The notes under the pieces are model-generated. The model had not been told where the DNA came from. It did no database searches and was given only the letters and a program-made list of their open reading frames with translations. A program made the position numbers and the translations under genes. Positions 58,035 through 59,127 of a stretch of DNA of 59,127 nucleotides are shown here, one piece after another (the stretch's first letter is position 1; the number at the start of each line of letters is the position of its first letter). Source of the DNA: an uncultured Candidatus Bathyarchaeia archaeon (lineage in GTDB: Archaea > Thermoproteota > CALKCG01 > B24 > JAWCPE01); assembly GCA_964396445.1 (NCBI GenBank), contig CAYNFI010000007.1:1-59127 (forward strand), in the 5' to 3' direction.

Positions 58035-59127
58035 TCTTCACACGTTCATGTATGTTGTTGAGGAACCTATCCAGGTCCTCCGTTGTAACCCCGCTTATCC
58101 CTATCTGAGAGAGGCTTTTAATGTCGATTATGCCCCTGTCAGAAAGGTCTTGAACGTATTCCTCAACTTCCTCCACTGGTTTAAACCCGTATTCCTCGTA
58201 TACAACGGCGACCATGTCCCTGATCTCCCGTAGTGGAACGTACGGGGAGCCTCTACGCCTTAAAGCCCTCACCGCAGCGAGCAGTATGAGCTTCTCAGTA
58301 TCAGGTAGGCTTAGAATATCCTCTGTCGTTATCACCGGATACGTCTCACTGATGACTCTCCTCACATGTTCAGGCCGTATCTCCCCGCTTCCCTGGTTCT
58401 CCGCTAGGGTACCGGAGTAGAGAAGTAGGTCCAGGGCATACCTCATATCCCCGTTGACGGGCGGTCGCGCGGTCACGTCGGCTATAAACTCGAGGACGTC
58501 GATGGAGCACGCGCCCGGGTGTAAGGCTTCCTCAACCCTCTTCTCAAGTATCTCAGCGACCTGTGTGGAGGTGTACGCTGGGAAGGGTACATAGCTCCTT
58601 CCTAAAGTGCTTAACTCCGCCACGTCGAGGAGGTCGTGGAATTTCTTATCCCTAGCGAGGAAAGTGGCTCCGACAACGCCGCATGGCCTGTCAAGTGTAA
58701 GCTCGTTCAACCGTGTAAGGTCGTAGATTATACCCTCGTCTTTAAAATGCCTTACGTAGTAGTCAACCTCGTCGATGGTTAGGAGGATGCGTTTCCTCCT
58801 AGTCTGAAGGTATTCGACGAGGTTTCTCAGCATCTCCTCAGCGCTTAGGCTTGTTGATACAAGGTTTGGGTCAACCTTTTCAAGGAGGCTTCTGTAGAGG
58901 ATAACCCTTCTTCCCCCCTCAAGTCTCAGGTTGACGTAGAGATGCTTCACGTCCACACCGTGGCTCCTAGCTTCCCTCTCAAAGCTGTCGCCGAAGAATC
59001 TAAGGGTGCAGGTTTTCCCCGTACCAGCTGGACCGATGATCTGGGTTACGCGGAGGAAGGATTCACCTTTTTTCTCAATGACGTTTCCGTAGATACTCCA
59101 GAGCATCTCAACCTGCTTAGACCTATG
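58009..59127 (-). CDS. cdc6: Orc1/Cdc6 AAA+ initiator (5'-truncated by the window edge)
   Basis: GPAGTGKT Walker A, IDEVD Walker B, GDMRYALDLL sensor 2, C-terminal wH domain; frame stays open to the edge (HRSKQVEM). Confidence 0.92.
   Translation of the reverse strand, partial: HRSKQVEMLWSIYGNVIEKKGESFLRVTQIIGPAGTGKTCTLRFFGDSFEREARSHGVDVKHLYVNLRLEGGRRVILYRSLLEKVDPNLVSTSLSAEEMLRNLVEYLQTRRKRILLTIDEVDYYVRHFKDEGIIYDLTRLNELTLDRPCGVVGATFLARDKKFHDLLDVAELSTLGRSYVPFPAYTSTQVAEILEKRVEEALHPGACSIDVLEFIADVTARPPVNGDMRYALDLLLYSGTLAENQGSGEIRPEHVRRVISETYPVITTEDILSLPDTEKLILLAAVRALRRRGSPYVPLREIRDMVAVVYEEYGFKPVEEVEEYVQDLSDRGIIDIKSLSQIGISGVTTEDLDRFLNNIHERVKSGLHEARA

Noticed and set aside
1-59127. CRISPR array, cas genes, integrase or transposase
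   Set aside because: No regularly spaced repeat-spacer series and no recognisable Cas, tyrosine/serine recombinase or DDE motifs in any listed ORF.

Overview
Archaeal chromosome segment from a TACK/Thermoproteota organism, most likely Bathyarchaeia. The class call is inferred from eL38, Rpo6, PolB1, a Cren7-like protein, an unlinked 5S rRNA, and many UroD-like, Gfo/Idh/MocA and sugar-catabolic genes. Most of the window is core genes (rpo6, rpl38e, thi4, thpR-cca-kinase, purB, slyD, polB1, pyrG, psmB-aCPSF1, map, hppA, udp). Accessory patches: (i) a tRNA-Pro(GGG) gene split by three BHB introns; (ii) a 3-gene unit encoding a secreted precursor with an 18-Cys C-terminal peptide, a 2-TM protein and a thioredoxin-DsbD/CcdA fusion, resembling an archaeocin cluster, with a 194-bp MITE inserted upstream; (iii) a ~3.3-kb metal-resistance islet (chrB-like, csoR, P1B-ATPase) bounded by a decayed copy of the tRNA-Thr(CGT) 3' end, whose ATPase has an in-frame TGA exactly at the second Cys of its CPC motif; (iv) at the right edge, a co-directional cassette orc1/cdc6 - wHTH - radA - catalytically dead RadA paralog fused to a small helical domain - exonuclease-degenerate PolB2 - unannotated 59-aa Cys4 protein, resembling a self-contained damage-inducible mutagenesis (mutasome-like) module. 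No CRISPR array, integrase or transposase was seen. All family calls come from motif recognition by eye; no database searches were run.
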